A model generated the notes under the pieces. It was not told the DNA's origin. It saw nothing but the letters and a program-made list of their open reading frames with translations, and searched no databases. Positions 24,055-37,049 of a stretch of 64,000 nt of DNA are shown piece by piece; position 1 is the stretch's first letter, and every line of letters begins with the position of its first letter. The DNA is from Eledone cirrhosa (taxonomy: Eukaryota). A program made the translations under genes and the position numbers. The stretch covers positions 352,904,001 through 352,968,000 of the forward strand of contig OZ024740.1 of the NCBI GenBank assembly GCA_964016885.1, written 5' to 3'.

Positions 24055-26926
24055 AATTAAAATACTAGAGTGTGTTGGAGTTAAACACCCTCTTCGTATT
24101 ATAGAAATGACAGTAAAGGTATAGCTCAATGTAATTAAACAGAGCCGAAGAATTATGAAAATAAACCAAAGAAGCCTTCAATACATCAAAAGTCTTTATT
24201 AGCCAACAATGTTTCGTCCTATTAAGGACTCATCAAGGCAATTAAAGCTATAAGAAGCACTATCGGCCAATACATGCCAAAAACTCAGAAGAATATGGAG
24301 TGTACATACATTAAAGCATATGAAAATTATCGGGTAAAAATTATCAAGTAAAAATTGTTAAGGAAGTTAATAACATTTTGAACCATATTACAAATATAGT
24401 CCAATGCAAAAATTAAAGCTAAACAAAGGTGGTGATATAGAGCGGGAATTATAATATAATATAATATAATATAATATAATATAATATAATATAATATAAT
24501 TGATAATGATAATAATAATAATAATATTAAAAGGCCCAATATACACACATATATATATATATACATATGTACACATATATACATATATATCAATACACAT
24601 TTCCATCAATACAAGCACAAACTAACCCTTATTAAGAGTTTAAATATAAATAAGAATAAGAATAATAAGAATAAGAATAAGAATAAAAATAAAAATAAAA
24701 ATAAAAATAAAAATAAAAATAAAAATAAAAATAAAAATAAAAATAAAAATAAAAATAAAAATAAAAATATAATACATATATTATTTACAGTATAAAATGA
24801 AGAAGAAATGATTAAAAGTAAACATATAATATATAATAAACTATATAATTATATAATAGATAATCACCGGTTAATTTGCACAAACAATATAAATGTTACA
24901 ATAACACTATAATAACAATATTATAATATAATATAACTTAACAAATCATATAGAGTTACAGACCGGGTGAGAAAAAATATTGTACAGAACTAAATTATGT
25001 TGGAAAAATTGTTGGAAAAATATCAAAACCATTGCAAGAAAACAGATGGAGGTCACATTTCTCTACAATTGGTGTAAATAAATATTATCCAAACATTACA
25101 AAAATTATAAAATATAAACATATTACAGAATTTACAAAATTTAACATAACATAATGGTACATTTAATAATCGGCAAATAATAAACATCAGTAGTACGTTT
25201 ACAAAGAGTGGAATGATATAAAAAATTTCAATATAAAATATTGAACATAGTATAATATACATAATTACGTGGTTGGTGGACAGACATTTGTGAATAAGTG
25301 AATAAGAACCAGACAGAAAACTACGCACGGTAGTATAAATATATAAATAAAATCAACCGGAAATCGAAAAACAAAAACAAAAGTATTTACTTAGGTGTCA
25401 CATGCAGTTAAGTAAAAAAATTAGGAAACAAACCCGGATAAATGACTAGAAAACCCTATTAAATTAATTAATATTGAAAGTATTTAAAACACATAATAAG
25501 TCAATACAAAATTAGCTATGGTTTAAGTAATCAAAATCTCCAAAGTTTAAGATATCACTATAAAAATATCTGGAAAAGAATGAAATATTCTACTATCAGT
25601 TGAATAACGTTATCTAATAAACGGACTTTAAGTAGAATTATGGTAGGCCAATGGGGACAGAAAAAAGAAATGTATGGAGGATACGAAGGAGCATAAAATC
25701 ATAATCAATATACTGTATTATGCAATAGAAAGGAGCATAAAAGGGAATTAAATATAATTATAGTATATTTGAAGGGGCGAATGACAAGTGGGGGGGGGGG
25801 GGGGGGTAATTATCCAAGGAAGAATCCAAATAAAATAAAATAAAATAATATAAAATAAAATATATAATCAGATATAAACTCATAAGGTGTTAATAGTGAA
25901 AATATAATATAGATATGGTATGGTAGCCAAAGGACTATGAAAGCTAGAATGGAAAGCTGTTAAAAACCAATAATGATAATAATGATAATGATGGTGGTAA
26001 ACAAAATGAACCTAAACTAAAAAGATAAGGGAATATAGCAACTAATGGATACAATTTACACTACTAGAACCTTTAGGTTTATAATAAAAGTAAGAATTTG
26101 AAATGGCGTGGGGGCAAGAAGAGAATATCTCAGACTTTCTATTAAGTAAGGTTTCCCTAGAGAAAATTATAGAGTGGGTCTCAAGGATACAGAGATTACA
26201 AAATTTAGTATGTGTTGAAAGGTTATTAGAGCGTGCTACTATTCGCCAATTAAGGCTATATGGTATATTAGCCCCCTTGAGATCCCAGATATGGTGTGCT
26301 AAAGAAGTAGAATTCTTAAACTTAACATGTTTAAAATTAGAGATATGAGAATTAAACCTAGTCTTAAAAGTGTTAGATGTAGAGCCTATATATGTGCTAT
26401 TAGAGGAATTTGTTTTAACTACACAAGCATAAACGATGTTTTTAGAGAGGCAGTTACCGTTTAAAGGGCAGTTAGCACTCACTCTGCAGTTACACTTCCG
26501 GGTGCTATTGATCGGCTGAAGTAGTGATGCATCACACGTAGGGTTACTATGAGATAAGGTTTGCTCAGGTGGTAAGGTATTTATGGATCTATTCGGACTA
26601 GTAGTACGTAGAGAGGAGTATCCATCCCTAATTTTCCCATTGTTAGTGCTAGCTAAACGAGAACTAATATTAGGGGTGGTAGAGAATGAAAGTTTAATTA
26701 CATTTTTATTAAAAATACTATTGTATTTATTAGTAGGAGGGAAATTTTTCTCTAAGATAGAAAAGAAAGACCTAGGGATGTTAGTTAATACTTCCTGATT
26801 ATATGGCGGGTTAAAATAAGTATTTAGTCTCCTATTTTTATCCTTACCAACTCTACCGTTATCTAATATCCCCTTATTAAGATTTGGGTTACTACAAGGA
26901 CTAGTTAAAACCACATTAAAAATACT
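24051..26926 (-). mobile_element. Naiad-like PLE, 5'-truncated (GIY-YIG ORF 26042..26914 + long AT-rich 3' region/pLTR)
   Basis: YFNPPY, KCNCRVSANCPLNGNCL, IVYAC...TYIGST..FKTRF..H, CNLCILE, LNRKSE..SCPH. Confidence 0.85.
24202..24239 (-). ncRNA. Minimal type I hammerhead ribozyme
   Basis: Reverse complement GCC-TTGATGA-GTCC ttaata GGAC-GAAA-CATTG-TT-GGC. Confidence 0.75.
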
Positions 26927-27133
26927 ATGGTATTTATTTTTAATAAAAATGTAATTAAACTTTCATTCTCTACCACCCCTAATATTAGTTCTCATTTAGC
27001 TAGCACTAACAATAGGAAAATTAGGGATGGATACTCCTCTCTACGTACTACTAGTCCGAATAGATCCATAAATACTGTCATTTCTATAATACGAAGAGGG
27101 TGTTTAACTCCAACACACTCTAGTATTTTAATT

Positions 27134-27187
<54 letters not shown>

Positions 27188-28580
27188 AACTCATATTATC
27201 ATATAAAATTAAATCAAATTATTTATAACTACAAGTAAAGTCATTCTTTTCCTTTTTTCAAATATACCTAACTGTACCAAGGATCTCACACATTTTCCAA
27301 TATGCTACCACCTTGTACACGACAGAATGGCTAACACACGTTCAAAATCTGTTACTGAATCCCTCAAAACGGAGACAATATTACAGGAAATCTCAGAAAA
27401 ACTCTCCATAATTAAAAGTAAGTACGACTCTCTTACTAATATCGTACATGAAATGGAATAACAAACAGGCAGTTATAAGGAGAAGCTCGATTCCCTAATT
27501 GCAGACCACCAGAAATAAGAACAAATCTCACCCTCGGAAATAGTGACACACGGCCAGAATTCCATCGTTCAAAATGCGTTAAAAGAATGGAATGAACTGA
27601 ATCTGGAAAAAGAAGCTTTCAAAAAAAGAAACCAAATGAAAAATAGTTGGAACCAAATACTAAGCCAAAGAAAACAGGCTTACTGGAAAGCCTTGAGGAT
27701 TGAAAACCTAGCGGACACATACGAGATATGGCGAAGTAAAGAACAAGTTATCCTCCCGAGAAAATTCCGGATTAAAGAAATTACATCAAAACCAAATGAA
27801 GAAACTAAAATAAGACAAAATCTAGCACTCCAGAAACTTGAGATAGAAATGACTCTATTCCGTCTAAGAGTGCCAACATTTAAAGAAAAATTTGAAAAAT
27901 GTGACACCGCCATTAGAGAAGAAATAAACAAAAGAGCATCGGCAATGAACGGGGGAAACTCTTTGACCTTTGGAAGAACGATGCAACCAGAGAGGAATTA
28001 AAATCAAAGAAAATCTTGGAGTCAAGAACACAATGGCTACAAGAATATGAAAATAACTATAGGAAAGTCCAAATAGAATAAAAAAACAAGCCCATAAGAA
28101 ACCCTCAAATTCGGTAATATACAAAAACTCAAGAAATGAAGAATTCTAACGCAATAAACAAACATCAACCAGAGATCGGAGAATCCGAACACACAATTAT
28201 ACACAGACCAAATTGTGAACACCAGAACCAGATACGACTACTATCAAAACCCCAAGAACAATTACCAGCGGCAAAATCAAAGACATATGAAGACCGAACG
28301 GAACAGCAGAAGAACTAGACCCCCAAACAAAATACTACGGTTCAGAAAATTATCAACATGAAATGCCAGTGAACAGAATATTTCACCACAACAGAAACAT
28401 CGCTATCTCAAATGGGAATTATTTTTAGAACAAGGTGCCTCCCACCAAATGAAAGGACAAAAGAAAAGAACACCACCCTTCAAGTGGCATTCGACGGGAA
28501 AACTCCAAAGGAACCAAAAATAATCAACATATCGGCCAAAAAACTAACACAACAGGAAATAAAATTGCTAGAAAATGGAC
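26927..28580 (+). repeat. Inverted duplication arm: copies of about 26722..26578, then 24115..22583
   Basis: ORFs 27543..28001 and 28136..28318 are near-identical to 23163..23621 and 22845..23027 on the opposite strand. Confidence 0.92.
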
Positions 28581-29040
28581 GGATTTCCGTCGAGTGGACT
28601 ATGTATTGATGAACGAATAAATATTCTAAAGAGATTACGCAATAGCGATTGCCTAAACACGAGAAATGAATTCTTCACACGTTGTCCACACGTCTCGATA
28701 CACCTCTTACGTAACTACAAAGCTTCGGATTGAATTACAACAACATCCTAATTTTCTTATCAACTAGAAATTTTTTGGACTTTCGCAGTTATCTTACTTA
28801 CACCTCTCACACGCATTTTAGTATTGCCTGTGTGAAGTGATCGTTTCTGCGTATGCGCGTTCGTACGGTTGTCCTTCCTGTTCCGTATAACCATATCCAT
28901 TACGAGCTGAGGATCCGCTAAGGTGAAACAATTGTTCGCGGTATAGTAAACTAACTGTTGTGTAACCACTTCTACCTAACTCGTCCCATGGACTGAGTGC
29001 TCTACCACTACGGATATTACCTTCCAGTGTTCTACCACTA
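28581..29040 (+). mobile_element. Naiad-like PLE 3' fragment + pLTR
   Basis: GLCIDERINILKRLRNSDCLNTRNEFFTRCPH; pLTR 28818..29040 recurs at 60365..60590. Confidence 0.7.
28903..28940 (+). ncRNA. Minimal hammerhead ribozyme
   Basis: CGAG-CTGAGGA-TCCgctaaGGT-GAAA-CAATTG-TT-CGCG; the sister at 60449 has perfect stem I. Confidence 0.6.
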
Positions 29041-29064
29041 TATATATGTATATATATATATATA

Positions 29065-29335
29065 ATAATAAATGTAATCTGAGTTTTTCGAATATTAATA
29101 ATAACATTCTATTCGTTTGCAATTATGCAAACAAGCCTCAATTTTATAGCCATGTCAGTAAAATGAACCCTTCATTCTTGCTCTTGTGTTGGCAGTTCTG
29201 TTCACATGCCAACACAAGAGCAAGAATGAAGGGTCCATTCTACTGACATGGATATAAAATTTAGGGTTGTTTGCATAATTGCAAACGAATCGAATATTAT
29301 TATTAATATTCGAAACACCCAGATTACATTTATTG
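29065..29335. repeat. About 270-bp imperfect fold-back palindrome between (TA)n tracts
   Basis: Arms around a centre near 29200, e.g. CCCTTCATTCTTGCTCTTGTGTTGGCA / TGCCAACACAAGAGCAAGAATGAAGGG. Confidence 0.85.
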
Positions 29336-29365
29336 TATTCACCCATGTAGAGCGAACATTTTCTT

Positions 29366-29442
<77 letters not shown>

Positions 29443-29719
29443 TATAAAGTATGTCCATAGAATCATTTGATAATATATATACACCATTTCCTCTCCCAAT
29501 TAGCATAATTAACCACACAAAAAATCAATTAGACCACGCTATAAGATTATATGAAGAAATAGTAAATAAATAAACGACACCAATCTCTTCGCGGCCAACC
29601 GCCATAGAATATTTACTCAACATTTCAACAGCACGTAGAAATCAATTAAATATACCGTCAACCATACACAATTAGGTATAAAATTAAAGTTAGAAATGCT
29701 TATACACATACCAGGATTA

Positions 29720-29801
29720 TGTCCCTACCCTTGGGTTTCGTTCGCATTTTGATATATCCTATTAAGGATAAAATCTCGAGCTTCGAACTCATCAGGAGAC
29801 A
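29720..29801 (-). ncRNA. Type I hammerhead ribozyme, canonical core, branched stem II
   Basis: Reverse complement TGTCTC-CTGATGA-GTTCG...CGAAC-GAAA-CCCAAGGG-TA-GGGACA. Confidence 0.85.
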
Positions 29802-30340
29802 AACTCGTTAGGACAGATTATTTTCTTAGGTGGTCCCCGCCAAACACGAATTCAAAATGGCTAAGAATTGTGACGTGGCAGTTGTCAAGTCAGAAAGAAT
29901 GTGATTGGTTGCTTACGGCGAGTGGGTTGGTTGCTAGAAAGGGCAGCCCAATATTGCCCAAATTGCATCTCAACCTTATGGGAGATTATTAAATATAAAG
30001 ATATACATATACACAAACTAAACAAAGTCACAGATATATATGTGTTTTGGCAACCATTCACCATGTGGCTCAATGAAGAATTAATAAATTAAATAATCAG
30101 AACAATATACTATAAAGTATGTCCATAGAATCATTTGATAATATATATACACCATTTCCTCTCCCAATTAGCATAATTAACCACACAAAAAATCAATTAG
30201 ACCAGGCTATAAGATTAAAAGGCACCAGGCTATAAGATTAAAAGGCACCTGACTTGACCACTGCCACGTCACAATTCTTAGCCCTTTTGAATTCGTGTTT
30301 GGCGGGGACCACTTTAGAAAATAATCTATCCTAACGAGTT

Positions 30341-30422
30341 TGTCTCCTGATGAGTTCGAAGCTCGAGATTTTATCCTTAATAAGATATATCAAAATGCGA
30401 ACGAAACCCAAGGGTAGGGACA
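30341..30422 (+). ncRNA. Type I hammerhead ribozyme (inverted copy of 29720)
   Basis: TGTCTC-CTGATGA-GTTCG...CGAAC-GAAA-CCCAAGGG-TA-GGGACA. Confidence 0.85.
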
Positions 30423-30809
30423 TAATCCTGGTATGTGTATAAGCATTTCTAACTTTAATTTTATACCTAATTGTGTATGGTTGACGGTATATTTAATTGA
30501 TTTCCACGTGCTGTTGAAATGTTGAGTAAATATTCTATGGCGGTTGGCCGCGAAGAGATTGGTGTCGTTTATTTATTTACTATTTCTTCATATAATCTTA
30601 TAGCGTGGTCTAATTGATTTTTTGTGTGGTTAATTATGCTAATTGGGAGAGGAAATGGTGTATATATATTATCAAATGATTCTATGTACATACTTTATAG
30701 TATATTGCTCTGATTATTTTATTTATTTATTCTTCATTGAGCCACATCGTGAATGGTTGCCAAAACACATATATATCTGTGACTTTGTTTAGTTTGTGTA
30801 TATGTATAT

Positions 30810-32148
<1,339 letters not shown>

Positions 32149-32448
32149 AATGGTGGTTGTCTGCTCCCTGCAGAGCTTGGCCTCTTCTACCTATAATTAC
32201 TTTTTTCTACCATGAATTTTGAGCCCTGAAAGGCGTTTGAAGAGATGACTGCGAATTCTGCAGTAATGTTTCATTTCATCATTGGCTCTTGTGATAAAGG
32301 CGAAACTCCAGAGTAACAAAACTCCCTATTCAGCCTTGATAAAATGAATATTACAACTTTACTTCGGTATTGAGTATTCTTTTCTCTCAGATGCCAACCA
32401 CATACGGATATGTATATATATATATATACATACATATATACATATATA

Positions 32449-32615
<167 letters not shown>

Positions 32616-32823
32616 AAGGTTAGTGCTCGACGGTTGAGCTCACGTCGTTTCGGGCATAGGACACTAACTTTTCACAATACATACACTCTACAGTCTCAAA
32701 TATTGAGTACTTAGCTGAACATGGTCTTAATATTCTAAACTGGCAACTCCCAGATTTTCTTTCTCTCCCTTTCCTTCTCTTTCTTGGTCTCTTTCTCTCT
32801 CTCTCTCACTCACTCTCTCTCTT

Positions 32824-32893
<70 letters not shown>

Positions 32894-32910
32894 ACTCTCT
32901 CTCTCTCTCA

Positions 32911-32952
<42 letters not shown>

Positions 32953-33004
32953 CAGGAAAGAAGGTTTACATGGTTTGCTATACAGAAAAGTTTTTAATCA
33001 CATA

Positions 33005-33110
33005 GCTTACATTTGTTTCACTGAACTGGTATGTCTAGAGATCGCTATCCGCTTAATTTTGCGTTACTCGATCGCCAATACAGAATTATAACCAGTCAGA
33101 TCTTCGGAGC
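33005..33110 (-). ncRNA. Hammerhead-like motif with long stem II
   Basis: Reverse complement of 35214..35319. Confidence 0.55.
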
Positions 33111-33503
33111 ATGCGAGAATGAAGAAAATACACAGGCAAGAAAAGAAAAGAAAATACAGGCTACTATCTTAAGTAGTAATGGCATTCAATTAGAACAATA
33201 ACAACAATTACAACAATGCTATCAATAAATTATTCAAGGAGACCCTAACATTACTTAGGTGGGGGGTATATAATGTATCTAATGTTACGGCGTGAAAACT
33301 AGCTGTCATAAGGCAAAATGAAGCGTTGACATGTACAGAGTATCGTAGTGTATATCAATATTAAATTATAAAGATAAGCTAGTTTTTACAGTCTTTCTCT
33401 TCATCTTCAACAGTATACATGAGTGGGACCACTGTCAAAGCTAAATAGTTGTAGAGTTAATACAGAGGTTAACGAATTAATATACGCATATATTTACGCA
33501 CAC

Positions 33504-33534
<31 letters not shown>

Positions 33535-35213
33535 TATATATAAATATATATACACATATATACACATGCATGTGTACATAGACACATACATACACATCAA
33601 TATACACTCGTACAAAAAATACATACATGCAAAGAGAAAAGCGTGCTAATTGTAATTAAGGCAAAAAGAAGGTAAAGTAACATTGTAGTAGTGAAATGAG
33701 AAAAACTAGGATTTAGGATCAAATGATGGCAGCAGCTGAGAAGGAGTAAGATTGTTGGTAGATGAGGTACTTACAGACAATTGTGTGGTATAGACTTGTG
33801 AAGGATATAGTATACTTAATGAATATATTTCTGTGGGTAGTATGTATCCTAATTTAAAGCTATGTTATGTTGGTTCGGTTCACGGAGGTTTGAATCTTAT
33901 GAATTTAGTGGCTATTCTATGTCTGCAGAAGATAGATCTTTCTAACTTATTATTAAGTAGCCTTTTAACATTTCTAAGGATATACAATAGCTCAAGATCA
34001 CACAGCCCGCAATAGGACATCCCTGTACTATAGGTTTTAGCAGCCGACAACTTCGACCAGTTGATACTGTAGTTAGTGTTGCTGTCCTTCAATTCCCATA
34101 TTTTTCTGGCGAGGGTGGTGGAACCCATAAGTGCACGGTTTTTCATTGAGTGCCTGTGCACATACCATCTTTTCTTAAAAGAACCCGCGGTGGATCCTAT
34201 GTAATTCCAGGTGGAGTTACCCGAGATGACAGTGCACATGTACACCAGGCTCGAATCGAGACATCTGTTCGCCAATGGGCACCTATCTGGGAGGTGACAG
34301 TTACAGTTTGAGGCGCTATTTTGTGCAGCTTTTACATTCCTATTTAGTACCCTGTTATAAGTGGGTTGTGATATATGCCCAATGGGGTTTTGCTGCTGCG
34401 CGTTTGTATGCGCTTGTGGTTGTGATGTTGTGATGAGTTTGTGCTTATGTATAGGTGCAATTGATTTACTAGAGATATTTCTGTGGTTGATCTTGCGTAT
34501 GTGTGATTCTATGTTAGCTGCTGTTGAGAATGAGAGTTTAATAGTAGATCTATTGAGTATTTTGTGATATCTATGCGAGATAGGGAAGTGTTTAACTATT
34601 AGTTTAAAGAATGTAGAGGGCAGTCTAGTTTTTATAGAGGAGTTGAATATTGGGTTGAACCATAGGTATTTTCTTTGTCTGTTTCTTCTATTGTTTCTTG
34701 GGTTTACGTTATTAGTGTTTTGGCCGTTTACACCAGGTGTTACATGTCTAACCCTATGTCTAGTCAAGCTATTCCTATTATTATGTGAGCGGTTGGAGTA
34801 GTAATTACTAGGATTGTTTATGTTGTCCTTATTCACTATATACTGTAGTTTATCTTTATGACCGGCCCTACTTAATGCTGCATTATAATAGTCAGCATGC
34901 TCGTTAAAGATTTCTAGGTTTGAGGATAAGCGGGATATTCGGAGGGATATACTACGTGCTATGGATTTAATTATGGATTTGGGGTGATTTGAGTTGTAAC
35001 TAATGTAGGCAAGATTTTCATTATTTTTGTGGAAAGGTTCTATTAATCCAGTATTTAGATTTAGAGTTACATCTAGAAAATTTACCTTGAATAATTTATT
35101 GATGGCATTGTTGTAATTGTTGTTATTGTTCTAATTGAATGCCATTACTACTTAAGATAGTAGCCTGTATTTTCTTTTCTTTTCTTGCCTGTGTATTTTC
35201 TTCATTCTCGCAT

Positions 35214-35319
35214 GCTCCGAAGATCTGACTGGTTATAATTCTGTATTGGCGATCGAGTAACGCAAAATTAAGCGGATAGCGATCTCTAGACATACCAGTT
35301 TAGTGAAACAAATGTAAGC
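35214..35319 (+). ncRNA. Hammerhead-like motif with long stem II
   Basis: GCT-CCGAAGA-TCTGACTGGT...ACCAGTTTAGT-GAAA-CAAATG-TA-AGC; U4 changed to C. Confidence 0.55.
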
Positions 35320-35544
35320 TATGTGATTAAAAACTTTTTTGTATAGCAAACCATGTAAACCTTCTTTCCTGATTTATTATTACTCCAAGTGTTTACAACA
35401 TAGGAATTACAGCATACCTGCAGCATCACTATGAAAACGCCTTGTTGAGTCAAACCAAGCCAAGCGTTAATATCATCCACTACCTGGAATACCATAACTG
35501 GACTTCACCTAAGTGGACTGCATTTAACTATTATTTGTTAATCC

Positions 35545-35613
<69 letters not shown>

Positions 35614-35827
35614 TATCAAGGTATGTATTGAGTTAGAAACTCAAAATAGTCTCATTACAGAATGACATACATTACAGAACACATACATGTATATGTCTGT
35701 GTTCGTTTTTCTTTTTTGTTCAGTTATATACATATATATATTCATTTTATTAAGGATAAATAGTGAGTCGTGTTACTTTGGAGCTTCGCTTGTTTATCAC
35801 CGGGTCATCCACATAAGGATATATCTG

Positions 35828-37010
35828 AAACGGGCTCCTTTGGTGAGAAGATCCATCTGCTGCCAACACCCTTCAAACGGAGGGCTGGGAATGCCGTGGC
35901 TGACGATGCGCAAACACGCGCTCAGGTTGCGGCACCTCCACGTATTCCTCACCGGACAACCGGTGTGGGCCCCGTTCGTGAGGCGAGCCTTCCCACGACT
36001 CGTCTCGCTGACCGAGCTGCAGTCCTGGGTCAAGCAAAGACCGAGGAAAATGGGCGACTGGCACATCGAATGTGCTCAGGCGCTCACAGTCCTCTGGCAA
36101 ACGGACCCGGTGATCAGTGGAGACTCCACTTCGACATTCTATAGAGGGTTGGTCCGCACAAGTGCGACGACGCGCTCGGAGAATCTCTAGGCGTAGAGGA
36201 GGACGAACTGGCCAGTCTGTTCGGTAGGACCTTCCGCCCGGGACCAATGGACAACTTCCAAAAGTCCCTGGCCTGGCAATGCTACCGAAGAGCTCTACCA
36301 GTTCGAGACAAGCTCTACAGACACGGGCGCCCGAGCAGGGACCCTTCGAAAAAGATCTGTCCGAGATGCGTGCGCGACGAGGAAACCGTCACACACGCAC
36401 TTGTACACTGCCCGGGCGTTACCGACCTGTGGGGCTATGTAGAACGACTATTGTCGCGGGTGGGACGAATCCAGTTGACCACCGAGTCCATTGTCATGAT
36501 CAAACCACCACCCTTCTTCAAAAACGAGGGAGAAGCGGTTTTCCTATGTGTTATGGCTATGGTGAAAGAGGTTATATAGTGGACGAGGTTAAAAGGGCTT
36601 TGGTCAGACACCTTTCTCTCCGGCGAGCAACTGATTCGTTTTTTCAAATATAATTTTGTAAGAAGAATCAGGATGGAGAGAGAGGTGCTGTACCTCAGCA
36701 AATTTTATAAAAGGTGGGTGAATGTGGCAAAGATGGCCCGAGTGGTTGGACCGTCTCTCTATATAAGCCTGTATGTTGAGGAAAAAGCGGAAGGGAGTAC
36801 TCACTCTTGGTGCTCCTGGAGATGAGGGTTGTACATTTTTTCGGGGTGTGTACAACCCCTGTGTAACGCCTCCCCCCTATTGGGGGATATCAATTGTTAT
36901 TTGTTATTTTATTAATAGTTTTATTTTCATATACCTGTATGCAAACTCCCCATTTGTATTTATCCCCTTCTTTTGTGCCCTTGTGGCTAATAAAGAAATT
37001 TATCTATCTT
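35828..37010 (+). mobile_element. Tx1-clade LINE 3' fragment
   Basis: GGLGMPW, CPRCVRDEETVTHALVHC zinc knuckle, 3'UTR, AATAAA and TATCTATCT tail. Confidence 0.9.
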
Positions 37011-37049
37011 TTAAATTGTATTTGTGAAGAAACATATCTATCTATCTAT

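Larger units (their letters stand above)
29441..30812. mobile_element. Non-coding retrozyme-like element: about 668-nt monomer in tandem and inverted copies
   Basis: Minus arm 30217->29441 (1.15 monomers), plus arm 30261->30812; one hammerhead per arm; no protein similarity seen; flanked by (TA)n. Confidence 0.7.
32947..35376 (-). mobile_element. Naiad-like PLE, 5'-truncated; open frame about 35088..33880; inverted pLTR 35085..35376
   Basis: FLDVTLNL...SNHP, WFNPIF, CNCHLPDRCPLANRCL, LVYMC...YIGST, CGLCDLE; 32947..33239 is the reverse complement of 35085..35376. Confidence 0.9.

Noticed and set aside
32221-32320. CTGAAAG...GAAACTCCAGAGTA hammerhead-like motif
   Set aside because: Core deviates and stem I does not pair; at most a relic
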